From the NCBI GenBank assembly GCA_002269645.1, contig NIVC01000056.1, positions 372,001 through 436,000 on the forward strand: DNA of 64,000 nucleotides, given 5' to 3'. Source of the DNA: Macrostomum lignano (taxonomy: Eukaryota). Position 1 is the first letter of the stretch. The number at the start of each line of letters is the position of its first letter. A model generated the notes under the pieces. The model searched no databases. It had not been told where the DNA came from and saw only the letters and a program-made list of their open reading frames with translations. The position numbers and the translations under genes are program-made. This document shows, piece after piece, positions 61,761-64,000 of the stretch.

Positions 61761-64000
61761 AAGAACTGGTTTTAGGCACGGGCATGCGACTCTGATTATT
61801 TAAATCTATCTGTGCTTTTCACCTTCAAACGTTCCTTGTGGCGCTGCAGCCAAAATTAAATTGCTTTCTGTTTTCAGCTGGCGTGGCGTAATAGCTCGTA
61901 TATGTAGTTGAAATTTATCTCTTTTGCATGCTCGAGGATTGCTGGCCCAGCTGCTGCTGCTGCTGCTGCTGTATATAGCAACTCAGCTACAAAGTGTTAG
62001 CAGAGCGTGGGCCAGAGCCCCATGCTCTGGTTTGTGGGGCATCATGTCAGCACGACACGGCTTTGCACAGTCAGCCGTCTAGCCATAGGCGACATCGCGA
62101 TCGCAGGCTGGATCAACAGCCGGTTCAACTAGCCGTCAAATTCGGCTTTTGAACAGCACCACATCGCACAGCTGCATCCTTCCAGCTGAACACTCATCGT
62201 TGACGATGCGCCTTTCAGTTCATCTTTCCATCTTCATATACCATTAGATGCACGTTCTTCACAATTTTCCTTTGCGGTTTCGCACCAGCACAACTGGTTG
62301 CCACCCCGCCAACCGATCCCGGACTCGTGATTAACCCGCTCACCGCTGCCGCACGCCCAACACCACCACCGCTGGAGCCGACTTCCTACGAGGTATAAGT
62401 ACGCTGTCTCCTGACCTGGTTGCATGACACCCGGCTCTGGCACCGACGCGTCACATCGGCCCAGCTTTGTGCAGCGTACACCGCTCTATCGAAGCCATTA
62501 TACATCATGACACGTAATTCACCTGGTGAAGAAGCGCGAACTGATGCGAGCTCCTCATAATATTGCAATTCATTTAGCGATTCAATTTACTAACTTAGAC
62601 AGGCTCTTTGAACCTTTATCGTTTTTATACAGTTTACAATCTTAAAAAAACAAAGCACGATCTGTCAATTCGTTTCTGGAAGGGGAGTATCTTGTAGCAG
62701 TTAGTACATGTACATTCGTTGTCGTTGTACTTTTCCCTTTGTTGACTTCCCCATCAACCATAGACAACACTGTTGGCTGCGGAGGAAGCCCTAAGCACAA
62801 GATGAGAAATATACTCGCCCAGAGGTGGCTGCTACACATTTAGAGATGTTACATGTAGAGCTTTTTAGAGCCGGTCCCACGTCTGGGCGCGACATCCGGA
62901 TGGTCCCCGATCAGACTGACAGATCTGTCTGGATCTCCGTAAATCATCTTTGATCGCACACAGTGGTTGCACAAAACCTACGAGTCTGGCAGCATCTCAC
63001 CTTGAGCCTCTCAATGTAGTTTAACAGCAGTTTGCGGACTGTGTCTAACACTGACAGAGCAGCCATCACACCTTATATCTAATCTGCATTAGACAGATAG
63101 ACAGACCCATTCTTTCTCGCATAGAGATCATCTGGTCCAGATTCCGATAGTTTCGAATCCCCCGGATCCTAATGGGTCTTTAATCCTAAAGCCACTCCCT
63201 CCAACCATTGATGACATTCTTATTAGTTCTTGTGGTTTCAAATTCGTTAAGCCGTTTAATTTTTCCACCTTAAATTTAACCTCGACTGAGTTTGCGGAAA
63301 GGATTCATACTACTGTAAAACTAGCAGGTGCGTACTACTTAGAGTAGCATTTTCGCTGGGTCGTGGCACAGACTGGTGGTCGGTGAAAAATATTCGGAGG
63401 GCGACATCGTGCGACAACCAGCGCTGATGCGATTCTGCCCCATTCCGCCGACTTTTGAGAGCATGCAAAAACGCTCGAATGCTGTAAGTGCAGTCACGCA
63501 CACATACACGAGCTCATACAGTGTGTTCAGCGGCCTTGATTTCGAATTTTAAGACATGTACTTGCCCGACATTCTCTCTGTGCCTTGGGTGTTGGCCCTC
63601 ATAGGTGTAAATCGCAAGGACCGCTAGAAGAACTTATCTAGTGGTCCTTGGTAAATCGCATGATAACTCTCGGCCAATTCTTGTGCAAACAAGCCCGAAT
63701 TGCTCATAGATTAATGTGGCACAGAATCGAGCCAAGGACTACTAGACTAGAAGTGTTCCTAGTGGTCCTTAAATCGAACCAGGAGTCACGTTTACCGCTA
63801 AGCTGCCCTGCCCTTCTCCCGGATAGGCGGTTGATATTTCCCATTCATTTCTTTCGGCAATGTCAAGTTGTAGCGAAAAGTCACATGCTCGAAAGCCCAG
63901 CGTGATTCATCGTTGGCACCATTAGCATACAGGGCGGGCGCTGCAATGCCCAGAGTGTTAGTGCTCTACGGGCTGTGGTGCCTTTGGTGCTGATTTCTAT

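Noticed and set aside
62230-62570. Minus-strand exons joined by a 30-bp intron
   Set aside because: The intron is implausibly short without transcript evidence, and no protein family was recognised.

Overview
Repeat-rich animal (invertebrate) genomic DNA with GT-AG introns. A free-living flatworm such as Macrostomum is an inference from gene content and style only. Genes: first exon of a DEG/ENaC channel (minus); a multi-exon alpha-arrestin (minus); two tandem paralogues of a secreted C-type-lectin-like / Cys-rich / Thr-rich mucin glycoprotein; an intronless LRR single-pass membrane protein; and a ~2960-aa sacsin-like HEPN protein whose four frameshifts all lie in short base runs. Mobile DNA: a Crypton-like tyrosine recombinase remnant; a deleted piggyBac with CTAG target duplication whose empty site is visible in the paralogue; an internally deleted mariner; several MITE/foldback elements; a solo LTR; three CORE-type tRNA SINE copies; LINE fragments; and about 16 micro/minisatellite arrays. 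Most notable signal: TA-bounded motifs (TACGAGTA, TACGAGCGTA, TACATGTA) recur across the window. In two satellite arrays a single unit shows TA converted to TA-CGAG-TA, matching the ends of the local mariner. This suggests a dense layer of transposon excision scars, possibly from an unusual 4-nt staggered cut.
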